DNA of 63,929 nucleotides, counting the filler, from Octopus bimaculoides (Eukaryota), in assembly GCF_001194135.2 (NCBI RefSeq). It is 8 parts of 8 records of this genome, joined end to end, with 100 filler letters (N's around TTAATTAATTAA, not from the genome) between each part and the next. Parts side by side here need not be neighbours in the genome. Positions count along the whole stretch, not along the records: positions 1 to 22,394 come from NC_068988.1; 7 more parts are not named here. The stretch is one strand, 5' to 3'. Position numbers and translations under genes: made by a program. This document shows positions 1 to 12,332 of this stretch, in pieces; the stretch's first letter is position 1; every line of letters begins with the position of its first letter. The notes under the pieces were generated by a model, which was given only the letters and a program-made list of their open reading frames with translations, was not told where the DNA came from and ran no database searches.

Positions 1-11
1 TTTCATTGATA

Positions 12-851
12 TCACTGTTTCGATCTTCTCCATTTTACCGGTGGAAGCTTATAGATGTTACTTTTGTAATTATTGTAAGTGAGGTCACTTGCGTTTTGTC
101 GCAACGACGAAGGTGGAGTGGTTTCTGGTGTGTTTGTTTGTGATGGTGTTGATGTTGGTGTATGCATTGGTAAAGATGTTGACAGTGGTGTGTGTGGTAG
201 TAATGATGTTGACAGTGGTGTGTGTGGTAGTAATGATGTTGACAGTGGTGTGTGCGGTGTTTGAAAAGCGGGCACGTCGTCCACGGAAGTTGAGGGTTTG
301 TCAAGGTACGCTCTTTTCAGACGGTCGACCGACACAATCTCTGTACGACCATTAACGTTGACTTTGAAGAACTTTGGAGTGCGAGAAAGCACACGAAAGG
401 GTCCTTTATAGGGAGAAACAAGGGGTCCTTTGACAGAATCATCCCTGATAAACATATGAGACCAAGACTCAATGTCTGCTGGCACTTGAGAGGGAGGTGA
501 CTGTTGTCTAGGACCCATAGCTGGAAGATTGGAGAAATACTCCCGTAACCGAGTAACGTAGGACTCTGGATGTGGTGGTTGTGACGAGTCTGGTACCACC
601 ATCGTACCAGGCAAAGCCAGTGTGGTACCGTAAAGAAGCTCCGCCGAGGAGAAACCCAGGTCAGCTTTGACCGCAGTCCGGCATCCAAGGAGGACGACCG
701 GAAGAAATTCAACCCAAGACTGCGGGTTGGGCGAGGCGCGTAAGGCAGCCTTAAGTTGCCTATGAAAACGCTCCACCATCCCATTAGAAGCGGGATGGTA
801 GCTGGTGGTGCGTATACAATGCCTTCGATGAAAGGAGTGGAAGAAAGGCAA
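12..851 (-). pseudogene. Gypsy integrase core/C-terminal fragment with GPF-type motif and a 30-bp x3 tandem repeat (PHTPLSTSLL)
   Basis: 279-aa ORF with SYHPASNGMVERFHR, LLG.RTAVK.DLGFS.AELLYG, PYKGPFRVL and VSVDRLK; the N-terminal HHCC and first catalytic Asp are missing. Confidence 0.85.
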
Positions 852-859
852 ATTTACAA

Positions 860-1375
860 TTGTTGAATTTTGGCGAAGTTAAATCTAATGTCGACAAAAG
901 AGGTTGGTCCTGCGAAATAACAAGTAACTCAATTGTTGCAGGAGAGGAAATAGAATTGACAGGGAGTCTCTTGAGAGCATCAACAGGGATGTTCTGCTTT
1001 CCTGGCAAATTACTGTGAAATATAGTCCAGGTGACGTAAAGCACGAGGAGAGAGTTTGTCTGTTTTAGAAAACAGTGTGCACATTATATGCGCGGAATCG
1101 CTGAAAAAGTTGCGATAAATGGTGGAGATGATTCTCGTTTGTATCACTAGCGATGAGTACAATATCAAATCCACGAAAAAACTTCATCTATAAATCTTTG
1201 GAAAGTGCTTGTCGCATTCTGCAGACCGAAAGCTCATAAAAAGAAATTCAAAAACAGCCAAAAGGAGTAGTGATGTCAGTTTTGGGAATGTCCTCTGGAT
1301 TAACTGGAATCTGGTGATAAGCGCGAACCAGATCAATCTTGGAAAAGATTGTGGAACCATGTGTGCACAGGAGAG
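860..1375 (-). pseudogene. Gypsy RT and RNaseH remnants; YxDD motif deleted
   Basis: [42 protein letters not shown] followed directly by IVLIAS (no YIDD); then PGKQNIPVDALKR. Confidence 0.75.
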
Positions 1376-2419
1376 AGAGAGAGAGAAAAAAAAATGTTGG
1401 TAAAACAAAAAAAACAATGGTGTTTGCTTTTGTTTTTTTTCTGTTTGTGTGAGTGTGACATAAACACAATAATAGGCAGGCCGTCATGTAAACAAAGTGT
1501 ATGTGTATACAAACATGGATGCATGTGTGTGCAAGTAATACAGAGCATAGAAAAGAGTCTATAAGGGCGTTAGAAGAAAGTTCAGACACAAGGATAGTAA
1601 ATACCAGTTCGTAGTTAAGGTACACAGTAGTTGAGGTGCTGTAACAAGAAGTTGAGGCCGCGTAACAGAGCCAGAGGAGAGGTACATGTCGTGGGAGGTT
1701 GTGACTTCAATGCTGCTGCCGGTTACTTGGTACAGGAATTCTCGCAGGTTGTATTCGCTGTTAACCATGGTGAAATAATTCACAAACAGTGTTGAGATAG
1801 AACTTGTGCGAGTGCTGCTGGTTGCTGTGTACGTAGCAAAAAGTTGGTGTTGACCCTAAGAAGTTGGAGGCGATGAAGATGGAGGTCCGTATTGTCGTGT
1901 CGTCCCTGGAACTGGCTGTGTGCTCTGTGGTCAGCGGCTAGACCTCAGAAGGTGTTGCTTTGTACTGTCTGTAGAAAAAAATGTTGTTGACCAACCTTAC
2001 GTCGTTGCTGCAAGGAAAAAATCAATACAGGCAAAAAAAATTTTATGTATGTGCGTGTGTGTAGTATTTTTTTTTCTTTGTATGTTGTCTTGTAAGACAA
2101 TAGATGGAAGCAACGTTGTTTTTTGTTTTTTTCTGTTTTTCAAGCCATGTGGAGTCAGGCGAAAATAGAAATCACTGTTCACTCGTTTGTTCTTTTCTCG
2201 GCCTCAGTTGGTGTTGAAAGAAAACACGTGGGTGAGAGAAATACGCTCTAGTCATAGTAGTTGATGGTTCAGTTTCCAGGCTGTATGGTATTTTTCTCCG
2301 GGGTAAGAAAACTGTTGCAGTTGGCTGGGCTGTTCCATTCCATCGTCTCTTGTGTTGTTGTTTTTTTTCGTCGTCTCTTCATTTTTGACGAGTTGTGTGA
2401 GATAATTCCGTGTTCTGTA

Positions 2420-2432
2420 CTAGAGGTCACCA
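2420..2432 (-). other. Primer-binding site, tRNA-Trp-like
   Basis: TGGTGACCTCTAG on the minus strand resembles TGGTGACCCCGACG, the complement of the tRNA-Trp 3' end used by many Gypsy elements. Confidence 0.6.
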
Positions 2433-2434
2433 GT

Positions 2435-2830
2435 TATAAGAATTGGATGAGATGTGACGGCTCGGCCATCTCTCCCCAGTTCTTATATTAATCATTAAAA
2501 TCCAGAAATACAACAACACGAGGGATAAGGGTAACAACAGATCAATAGTTTATACTAGGCTGGTGTAGAGCCGTTTCGTTCCTGGGTGAACAGGCATGCC
2601 GCTGGGATACCAAAGAAGCTTCGACCACATGTCGCGGTCGAGTTGTGAGAGTCTGGAAGAACGTCCTGTCGCGACAGCTGCTAGATGGATAAGAGATCGA
2701 ACGCTATTGCTCTCTCTCCACCTGTTGCATTGCGCATGCGTTCTCGGGTACTTCCGCTGACGGCAAGTCCCTTGCACATGCGCAATGGCACTTCCCAAGA
2801 TGGCGGCCAAAGGCGGCCACACGCGCCACT

Positions 2831-2833
<3 letters not shown>
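2435..2833 (-). repeat. 5' LTR of the Gypsy element (about 400 bp)
   Basis: Minus strand starts TGTAGTGG at 2833 and ends ...CTTATA (terminal CA probably mutated) just before the PBS. Confidence 0.6.
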
Positions 2834-2863
<30 letters not shown>

Positions 2864-3054
2864 GATATATATATATATATATGCATGTGTGTGTGTGTGT
2901 TTATACAGAGTGAGACAGACACACAGACAGATAAATAAAAAGAATGAAGAAATTGAAATCGAAGTGTATAGATATGAAATATGAGTTGCTACTGTGACTG
3001 TTGTTGGTGTCATTGTTACTGTTCTTGCTTTTTTGTTGTTTCTTCCAAGCTTAC

Positions 3055-3114
3055 CTGAGTGAAAACTATGATGAAAGATGTTCCAGCTATGTTCCTCCTA
3101 TTTTTGTATCTTCT
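3055..3114 (-). CDS. Candidate exon F of an unidentified minus-strand gene (frame unresolved)
   Basis: Strong donor CAG|GTAAG at 3055/3054; acceptor tcttctacaaAG is weak. Phase 0 reads RRYKNRRNIAGTSFIIVFTQ (open); phase 1 reads EKIQK*EEHSWNIFHHSFHS. Confidence 0.3.
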
Positions 3115-3535
3115 CTTTGTAGAAGATACACTGAACCTGACCATCAAATGGGTCCTTCCTTCATTTTAGGATAGTAAGCAATGATTAAATGTGTATTTGC
3201 TTGTTATTTCAAGTCAGTGATGAGACCACATAGAAGAACCATCACTTATGCAAGAGTAGTTAGAGTAGTATTGTTATTCAGTGCAGTACTCCTGGTATAA
3301 TTGTGAAGTTGGAACCGTGGTTAAATAGAATGTCATAGAATATAACAAAAGGAAATACTGTGAGAGAAGGAGGAGTAAATGGGAAATAATGGAAGAGGAA
3401 AGCAACAGATAGAGATAGAGATGCAATGAGAGGCTGGAGAGGGGAGAGAGTAAATGAAATACTGAAAGTTTGTATGTATGTGTGAGAAAAAGGAAAGGAG
3501 GAACAAATAAGGAAATCTTTTGTGTGAGTGTGTGT

Positions 3536-3574
<39 letters not shown>

Positions 3575-3957
3575 TGTGTGTGTGTGTGTGTGTGTGTATA
3601 ATAGATAGATAGTTGAAGAAATGGAGAGCTAGTGAAAGTAAAAAATTAAGAAATAAAGGTAAGAGCTAGCATGTATTTTCATAAGAAAAAGAGAGAGGTG
3701 GAAGAGAGAAAGTGAGAGAGAGATTAAAAGACATTCCAATACAGAGAAAAATAGTAATGTATGTATACACACACGTATATAAATATATGTGTATGTATGC
3801 ATGAATTTATATATGTATGTATGTATGTATGTATATATCCATATATACATATAAATATGTGCATATGTGTGTGTTTATGAATGTATGTATGACTGTATTG
3901 GATGGAGGGATGCACCATTGGTGACGTCCTGTACCCATATATGCATGTGTGTGTGTA

Positions 3958-4172
3958 TCATCATCATCATCATCGTTTAACGTCCGCTTTCCATGCTAGC
4001 ATGGGTTGGACGATTTGACTGAGGACTGGTGAAACCGGATGGCAACACCAGGCTCCAGTCTGATTTGGCAGAGTTTCTACAGCTGGATGCCCTTCCTAAC
4101 GCCAACCACTCAGAGAGTGTAGTGGGTTCTTTTACGTGTCACCCGCACGAAAACGGCCACGCTCGAAATGGT
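3958..4172 (-). mobile_element. SINE/LINE-tail repeat with (GAT)n tail; related, CpG-decayed copies at about 8020-8295 (+) and 9470-9652 (+)
   Basis: Shared 3' end gcatggaaagcggacgttaaacgatgatgat and GGATGCCCTTCCTAACGCCAACC motif in all three copies. Confidence 0.7.
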
Positions 4173-4180
4173 GTCTTTTA

Positions 4181-4217
<37 letters not shown>

Positions 4218-5132
4218 ATATAATCAATCNNNNNNNNNNNNNNNNNNNNNNNNNNNNNNNNNNNNNNNNNNNNNNNNNNNNNNNNNNNNNNNNNNNNNNN
4301 NNNNNNNNNNNNNNNNNNNNNNNNNNNNNNNNNNNNNNNNNNNNNGGTCACATAATGAAATGACCGGACGGGAATGAGTAAAGAAAAATTTCTTTCAAAG
4401 ACAGGAGAGTACAAGAGAAGGAAGTATGTCTATGTATGTGCGTGCGTGCAGGTCTGTGTGTGTGTGTGTAATGATAGCACGTGTATGTGCGTGTGTGTGT
4501 GTATATGTGTGCGTGGTTGTGGCTATATATACATATATATATATGTATACACACACACACACACACACACATATATAATTAATTATTTGTACACACACAC
4601 ACACACACACACACACAAATGTGTATTCATATTGATTTGTATTTGAATGTGTGTCTGTGTGTGTGTAGGCACATGCACATTCATGAATATATTCATAATG
4701 TAAAGCTAAAAGCACAGTTGCAATAAGGATCTAGGTCATATATCAGCATATATACATATGTATATATATATATATATATATGAGTTTGTGTGTGCATGTG
4801 TGTTTGCATGTATGTATGTATATTTCTGTACGCATCATATTCAATTCCATAAAAATTCTAAGGTGTGTTTGTGTGTGTGTGTGTGCACATCTGTGTGTCC
4901 AAATGGGACTGTTTATGTATGTGTGATTTGGCAGGCTCCCATCATCCATCATTGTAATGATAAATACATTTCTGGCATACATGGATGTCATTTAATTAGT
5001 ATATTACTTTGAATTTCCAATAATATCAAGGAAATGGTAAAGATCAAATCATTTTGAAACCAGATAAATATATTGAATTGCATTGGAGGGTAAAAACAGA
5101 AGGATATGATATGTATATATATATATATATAT

Positions 5133-5221
<89 letters not shown>

Positions 5222-5318
5222 AAGAGAAACGGAGAGAGGGGGGAACAGATGGCATGGGCTATGGAGAGATGAGACAGGGTGAGTTAAAGTGACTTTTAAC
5301 CTTTTCTCTCTCACATAC

Positions 5319-5347
5319 CAGCCAAGCTCAAACACAAGCAAAACATG
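5319..5347 (-). CDS. Candidate exon E (H-MFCLCLSLA-G); alternative acceptor at 5364 adds LIILIS
   Basis: Acceptor ttctcattAG, donor CTG|GTATGT; phase 2 to 1; the other frames contain stops. Confidence 0.35.
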
Positions 5348-5885
5348 CTAATGAGAATTATAAGCTAGAAATGTCATTCAGATATTGAAAATTAATCCAG
5401 AATTTGAATTCAAAATGGAGGAAAATGAGTTGTTGTTGTTGATTGATATTGAGCTATGAGGTTTTGAACTGTAATAACTTATCTATTTGTATTGATCGAT
5501 TTTACTGATATTGGTTTCATAGATTCTAAGTAAAAACAAGAAATCAGAGGACAAGAAAATGTGGTTGAGATGATATTCATCAATATATTTGATTACAATG
5601 TCATGTTATTTTATGTTATGTATATTATTGCTTTTATGTTGTTTTACATTTTTGTGTGATAAGGTATGTGAAATGATATCCTACTAGATATTTGCATTAT
5701 GCTGTTTTATATCATGTTATGGTATGCAGTATATATTATATATTATTGCTATATTGTGTTATGATATGAAATATGTATAATATTCCACACATTTCGACCA
5801 ATCCACCCCAGTACTTTTTATTGACCCTTAAAGGATGAAGGGCAAAGTTGATCCTAGCAGGATTTGAACCCAGAGCATACCAAAA

Positions 5886-6405
5886 TTACATGGAAAAATG
5901 CAAGCAGGAAAAGTAATATTCTTGAGATTATAAGCCTGGAAAAGTACAGAATAAGTTATTACACCTGTAAAAGTATAGGACAAGCTATTACTTCAAGTAC
6001 AGTAAAGAATAAGAAACTATTTACTTAATATATTGCAGCAAAGAATGCCAGTTCTTCTAATTTATCACTCTTTACAATTCTCGTCTTCTAAATTTATTGT
6101 ACAAAACTGTTCAGCTAATTTGTTAGTTTGTCTAATTAGTCACTTTTTTTCTGTATTTGAGGTAGTAAATTAGCCAAATTCTACTTAAATAAGTATAGTG
6201 TTATTTGTAAACTACAATAAAATATTTTTTAATATTCAAATTTTAATTTTAGCTGCAATATTTTAAGTAAAAAGTTTCTTATTCTTTATTTTACTTGAAG
6301 TAATAGCTTGTCCTATACTTTTACATGTGTAATAACTTATCCTGTACTTTCCCAGGTTTATAATCTTAAGAATATTACTTTTCATGCTCGCATTTTTCCA
6401 TGTAA
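5886..6405. mobile_element. Fold-back / MITE-like element, about 520 bp, with long imperfect inverted arms and TA flanks
   Basis: TA-CATGGAAAAATGC...AAGTATAGGACAAGCTATTACTTCAAGTA (5886-6000) is reverse-complemented at 6294-6405; the inverted similarity continues inward. Confidence 0.8.
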
Positions 6406-6485
6406 TCCATGATTTTTCCAGGCATTGCTGTAATATTCTTTATTATTCTTATTGCTAAGCATTACTTCCTTACTCTCTTACTTAC

Positions 6486-6591
6486 TGAAACAAAATGTGT
6501 GGCATTTCACCGCATAACTTTTCTTCTACTAATTTCTGTTCAATCCAACTAATGACTCTGAACTCCTCATACATTTTTCCATCATTTAAGC
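6486..6591 (-). CDS. Candidate exon D (G-LNDGKMYEEFRVISWIEQKLVEEKLCGEMPHILF)
   Basis: Acceptor acttttcttAG, consensus donor GTAAGT, 106 nt, open only in phase 1 to 2, non-repetitive protein-like composition. Confidence 0.55.
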
Positions 6592-9500
6592 CTAAGAAAA
6601 GTATACTTTTATTTTAAAATTAAAAAGTTTGTGTTAATTTAAGGTGAATAGGTGCCTTACTGCCACCCTTGAGGTCGCAGATATTTTGATGTAACTTTTT
6701 TTCTACCAAACCAAATCTCAAACTATTTATTGCCAAAGTGTAGCTGAGGAGGTGTCCTCTTTAAAACTGTTAACAGTTTGCAATTTAGTTGAGAACTGAA
6801 TTAGTGGTGAAGCTTGGAAGCTGCTGCAATTGACGAAATGGTGGACTTAAGAATATATATAATGATTCTGAAACTTTACCACCATATGTTCTTTTATGAG
6901 GTCACGTAACATAGTGGCTACAGTGTTGAGTTCATGACCATATGATCATGGGTTCAATTCCCGTGACCTTATGCAGTGCATGTGTGTTGAGTATGGTGTT
7001 TCAGTTAACACTACTCAGATGAGTACTGGTGCAGTCTTCATCCCCTCCAGCTTTTTCATCCTATATGTTCTGCAGGGTCAGAGGTAGGAGGTCCTAAGAA
7101 GGTGTCTATGTCTACGAGTGACTACATAGGCATCACAATTATCAAAATCATGGTACTTGTGAGTGACAGCCATGATTATTACAGTGTCATAATGTTACTT
7201 TAAGTTATCTCAGGGTATGTTCTGTATCATGTATTGCTATATGCTATTTATTAATGTAGAATGTCACGTACTGTTATGTATTATATATCATGTTACATGT
7301 ATCATGTACATTGTGATATATGATGTATATCATATGTCATATGTTATAATTAAGAGAAGATAGTATAGATATGAATTAAGCACTTTGTTACCTAACCATA
7401 TAACATGTCAATTTTAATAGCTGCTCTGTCTGTTGTGTCTACTTGTTTTACTTTCTCTCTCTCTCTCTCCCTTTCTCTCTCTCTCTTATCTTCTCTCTCT
7501 TTCTTTCTCTCTCTCTCTCTCTCTCTCTTATCTTCTCTCATTCTTCTCCTGTCTAAGGTATCATCTTTATTATTCTGCTAGAGTTCACCTTTTCCTGCAT
7601 TATCCACCATCTACTCTCTGCTTCCTCTCCCTAGCTTTCAGATATCCAGCAGTTAATATATCCACCTTCAGCCTTACACAGTCTCTAAAGTCAACAGTTA
7701 CTCTTCCCTACCTTCTCTTCAATGTATACTCATCATCCCTCAATATTTATTCTTCATTCATTGTATTTACCCCTACACCCATTTCCATCACTAACTATCT
7801 CTCACTCAATTACATACTCTTGCAACCTCTACTCACCCACACTTCCTCTTCTGCCCCCATTCACTTCCACTCACCTGATACCTTGAGGGTTCACACTGAT
7901 ACTGCATCACCATTTTTTTATTGTTTTCCAGGTCACTCCAATAACTTACACTCTCTCTTCTATAATGTGAGTAGCTATGTTGAACCCCTATAGTAAGAAA
8001 TCTCCTCTGGTCCAGACCTTTCTCTCATGTTTTAATCCCTCTTTTCCTAACATAAAGCTGCCTTTCTCAAAGTCCATAGGCTTAGAACCTACATGGTGAC
8101 CTCACTTGAACTGGTGATACAAAAATAGCACCCAATACACACTGTAAAGTGATTGGCATTAGGAAAGGCAACCAACTATAAAAACTTTGCGAAAGCTGAC
8201 ACTGGAGCACAATGCAAACCTCAGACTTTTCAAACTCTCCAGCCCATGCCAGCATGGAGCATGGACATTAAAAATGATAATGATGATAATGATGACAAAC
8301 AAAATATTACCCTCATTTAGACATTTTATATTTACATTTACACATAAGGTACACACATAGTCATGTGATTCTGGAATTAATCACACTGTGCAGCATTTTA
8401 GGTGAGTGCTTCAACTGTCATTAGACCAACAGTATGTGAGTTAAATTAGGGAGATGGAAACTGTGCAGAATCCCAGTGTATGCACACACACACACTTATG
8501 TATGTACGTACGTACGTATGTATGTATGTATGTATGTATGTATGTATGTATGTATGGATGGATGGATGGATGAATATAAGAAGATTTGCATATTTATTGT
8601 TAATTCATTCTGGCAGATTTAAACACAAAATGTGCTAGTCACTGTTATGTATATCACTTGAGAACAACTTCTTCCATTTAAAATGACAGTGTGTATAATT
8701 TTTATAGGTTGGCAGACAAGCACTGATCAACAAATAATTTTGTCTGCTGAATGATGTAGACTGTAGCTACATGAAATGAAGTGACTTGTTCAAAGATACA
8801 ATGCACCACCTGAATTGAACCCACCACCTTAAGAGCATGAGCTGAACACCTTAACCACTAAACCATATGCTGTTAGAAAGAAATCTCTAGAAATCTATAT
8901 TCCTACAATTCTGAGAGCAGAATAAGCTTTGTCCTAGCTTTGTCAGTTACCTTTCTTCCTCCACCTCAAACCACCACCTCCATTTCCAATTGTCTTGTCC
9001 CACTTACTGTCTCTGCCAATCACCTCCTTTTTATGTGTACTTCCTCCTGTGCTGTTCTCCATCATTAGCACCTCACTTACCTGCTATCACCCTCAATGCC
9101 CTCATATATCTACTGCAGTCCTCATCCCCGAGCCTCTCTTATTTTTCTCTCCATCATTTACTACAGCCATCTCAATCCTGCTCACTCTCCCAGTTCAAAC
9201 CTCTGTACCACCTCACTTATTCTCATCACCCTCAATGTCATTTGAGGGCATGTCTTGATACATCTTTGCCGTTGTCTCTCTGATATTGCTATCTTACTCT
9301 CTAGCTCATGCTCCTTCCTTTTCCAAACGGGATATCCATGTATCTATTCTATAACAAGCCACCTATTTCTGTCCCTCTATAACTTTAATCTCTCAAATGG
9401 CATAAAACCACACATGTTCATATTATTCCCCTTCCCCCAGTTGAGGGGCATTTGTCTTGGACATATTTGGTGAACCTGTTGGTCTTGATGCCACTTTGTA

Positions 9501-10048
9501 AAGTGATTGGTGTTAGGAAGAGCATCCAGCTGTAGAAACTATGCCAAAACAAACAATGGAACCTGGTGTGACTCCTTTCCATACCAGCTCTATGTCACAT
9601 GGTCCAACCCATGCCAGCATGGAAAACGGACGTTAAATGATGATGATGATGATTTCAATATCTTCTTTGTTTCACTGAAGAGCAATGAAAAGACAGTCAA
9701 CTAATATCAACAAGGTCAATTACTTGTTCACGTATGTAATAACTAAACACCAACTAATTAGATATTTATTATATTGTGTGTATCACACACATACACACAA
9801 ATATATTGCTTCAAACACACCTGTTCGTAGACATCAACATGTATATCCCTTTATTGACATACACCCGCACAACCAAGTACTGGATAAACAAATAAATACA
9901 ACACAGGGTTGGGTGGGTCCATTTTTCATACAAGCACTAGTGCCACCCTTTTTCCTTCTAGCTCTTATATCCTTATTGTCAAAGGTGAAGGACTGAGGAG
10001 GGGTCTAATCTCTGTCTCTGTATACCTTTAATCTCCCCTAAAAGACCA

Positions 10049-10269
10049 TATGAGGGAGTGCTAAAATATTCCTAGCTTTGGGTAAAAGAAAATATCAGAG
10101 GATCAGTTAAATATGATTTTATTCAACATATTCCCCCCTCAGATTCATACACTTCTTGCAGTGGTCCTTCAGTTTTGCTAAGTAATATAAAAGAACTTGG
10201 AAGCTTGGATCTCCAACCAGGCCTTTCGCGATACTCTTAAAGCCAGGAACTTTTCAGCACCCTTCCATA
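10049..10269. mobile_element. Non-autonomous mariner-type MITE
   Basis: About 30-bp TIRs (TATGAGGGAGTGCTAAAATATTCCTAGCTTT / AAAGCCAGGAACTTTTCAGCACCCTTCCATA) with TA ends. Confidence 0.7.
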
Positions 10270-10579
10270 GTACAAGTTAACAAATCATACAGACTAATGA
10301 CTGATGGCTATGGTTTGCACAGAATTAGTGTAGTACGTGAATACCACTAACAGTCAACAGGTGACATCAAAAGAGAGGGGAAGATACAAAGGTTATGATT
10401 TCTTTATTTCTAACAACTATAGGACCGAGTTGAACTCACACCAATAAGAGATTAAACTATTTCTTGAAGCTATATAGCTATCAACATCATTTCCCTTGTT
10501 AGACTGCTGTTTGTTATTGTTGTCGTTGATGTTGCTGTTGTTGTTGCTATTGGTACAGTTATTGTTTATAGTTTCTTTT

Positions 10580-11045
10580 ATTTTTTACTGTACCTGCTTG
10601 AATCATTAGACTGCGGCCATGCTGGGGCACTACCTTGAAGAATTTTCAGTTGAATGAATCAACCCCAGGACTTATTTTTTAAGCATGGTACTTGTTCTAT
10701 TCTATTGGTCACTTTTGCCAAACTGCTAAGGTACAGGGATGCAAACACACCAACACTGGTTGTCAGGCAGTAGCGGGGGAGGGACAAGCACACACACATG
10801 CACGCATGCATGCATGCATGCACGTGCACACGTGCACACAAATACACACTCACACACAACAGGCTTCTTTCAGCTTCTGTCTACCAAATCCATACAGTAT
10901 ACTTTAGTTGGCTGTAGTAGAAGAGAATTGCTATGCAGTGGGACTGAACCCAGAATCATATAGTTGGGAATCAAACCTCTTATTTCTTTATTGCCCACAA
11001 GGGGCTATGTAAGGGGAATCAAACTTCTTATCACACAGCCATGCC
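10580..11045 (-). mobile_element. Abundant tRNA-derived SINE with internal (CA)n; further copies at about 16440-16665 (+), 24165-24560 (-), 26240-26600 (-), 40340-40820 (-), 47850-48225 (+), 52574-52870 (+)
   Basis: Shared blocks GGTTCAGTCCCACTGC (B-box-like), AGAATAAGTAC..G, GGTGCTCCAGCATGGCCGCAGTC.AATGACTGAAACAAGTAAAAG in all copies. Confidence 0.8.
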
Positions 11046-11055
11046 TGTACCTATA

Positions 11056-12332
11056 TATTAGGTTGGAAACTAAATTCTCGCTGTTTTTTTAAATTAAAAT
11101 TTTTAAAAGGTTTACTAAAAAAAAACAACTAATTAATCAATAATGTATTCACCCTTGTTTACAACTTCTTCCCAACGTTCAAGAAGATTTTCAATACCTT
11201 GTTGGTAGAAATCATCCGATTTCGACTTGAAAAGTTGATCCATCCAAGCTCTCAATTCTGCATCATTATTGAACGAAACTCCGCGCATAGCATTTGAAAG
11301 AGATCGAAAGAGGTGGAAATCCGTTGGTGCCAATCAGAAGAGTACGGTGGATATGGCAGCACTTCCCAGCCATGTGTTTGAATGGTTTCCCTGGTCATAT
11401 TGGTGGTATGAGAGCAGGCATTGTCGTGCAGCATTGTCGTGACGATTAGGTCTTTTCTCTTGAATAGCCATGTTGAGTTGTTCCATCTGTTGAACATACA
11501 GTTCCGTGTTGGCCATTTGGTTCCATTCAAGCAATTTGTAATGGATAATCCCTTCCCAGTCCCACCATATGGACAACATCATTTTACGGGAATGAAGATC
11601 TTGTTTCACATGCAGTGTCGCTTGTTTACCGAGGCTAAGCCATTCTTTATGCTGCTTCATATTGATGTACAGGCACCATTTTTCATCACCAGTAATGATT
11701 CAGTAAAGAAATCATTGCTTGCATCCATGAGTTGAGCGGTGATGAGCAAGCAAACCAGTGGAGATTGTGGCTTGTTGATTTTTATTGTTGTCACTTAAAG
11801 CATGCAGAACCCATGCTCCATACTTCTGAACCTTTCCCATCGAGTGAAAATGCTTCTCTATAGCAGTGTGGGAGCATTCCATTTTCTCTGCCAGTCCCCT
11901 TGTTGTTTGACAAGAATTTTTGTGCAAAAGTTGGTTTAATCGCTCTTCATTGAACTCAACTGGACGGCCAGTTGAGGACAAAATTTCCATTTTTGAACTT
12001 GGCATACCAATCACGAGTGATTCTCTCAGCTATGGCACCCTCTCGATAAACAGCAGAAATCTCATGAGCAACTTTTGCAGCCTTAGAACCTTGATTAAAA
12101 GCAAAAAGAAGGAGGTGTTGAAAATGCTTGTTTTTCTTAACTTGACATTCCATTTTAATGATCTGAAAATAAACAATAATTAACTAAAATTAACTAGAAA
12201 AAAACAAAATAGATTCCAAGATGATTCAAAAATAGAATTCTCAAAAAAAAAAAAAAATAGATTCCAAAATTTAAAAACACAATAAATTCCAAAATTTAAA
12301 AAAAACGCGGGAACTTAGTTGTCAACCCAAAA
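11056..12332 (-). mobile_element. Near full-length mariner (D,D34D) transposon with frameshifted transposase at 12153-11133
   Basis: About 30-bp TIRs (TTAGGTTGGAAACTAAATTCTC / GGGAACTTAGTTGTCAACCCAA); motifs GRP, WVLHAL (WVPHEL-like), TGDEKW, HDNA, YSSD-APTDFHLF; several frameshifts and a stop. Confidence 0.92.

Larger units (their letters stand above)
1..2833 (-). mobile_element. Ty3/Gypsy LTR retrotransposon, internally deleted (5' LTR, PBS, gag-like remnant, RT/RNaseH fragments, integrase); 3' end lies outside the window
   Basis: Minus-strand order LTR > PBS > RT ([40 protein letters not shown]) > RNaseH tail (PGKQN..DAL.R) > integrase (TTSYHPASNGMVERFHRQLKAAL), which is the Gypsy domain order. 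Confidence 0.9.

Noticed and set aside
3055-5364. Joining MVRF...IIVFTQ (3144-3055) to LIILISMFCLCLSLA (5364-5319) as a signal-anchor N-terminus
   Set aside because: The exon order on the minus strand is the reverse; it would need misassembly or a tandem copy, and I see no evidence for either.
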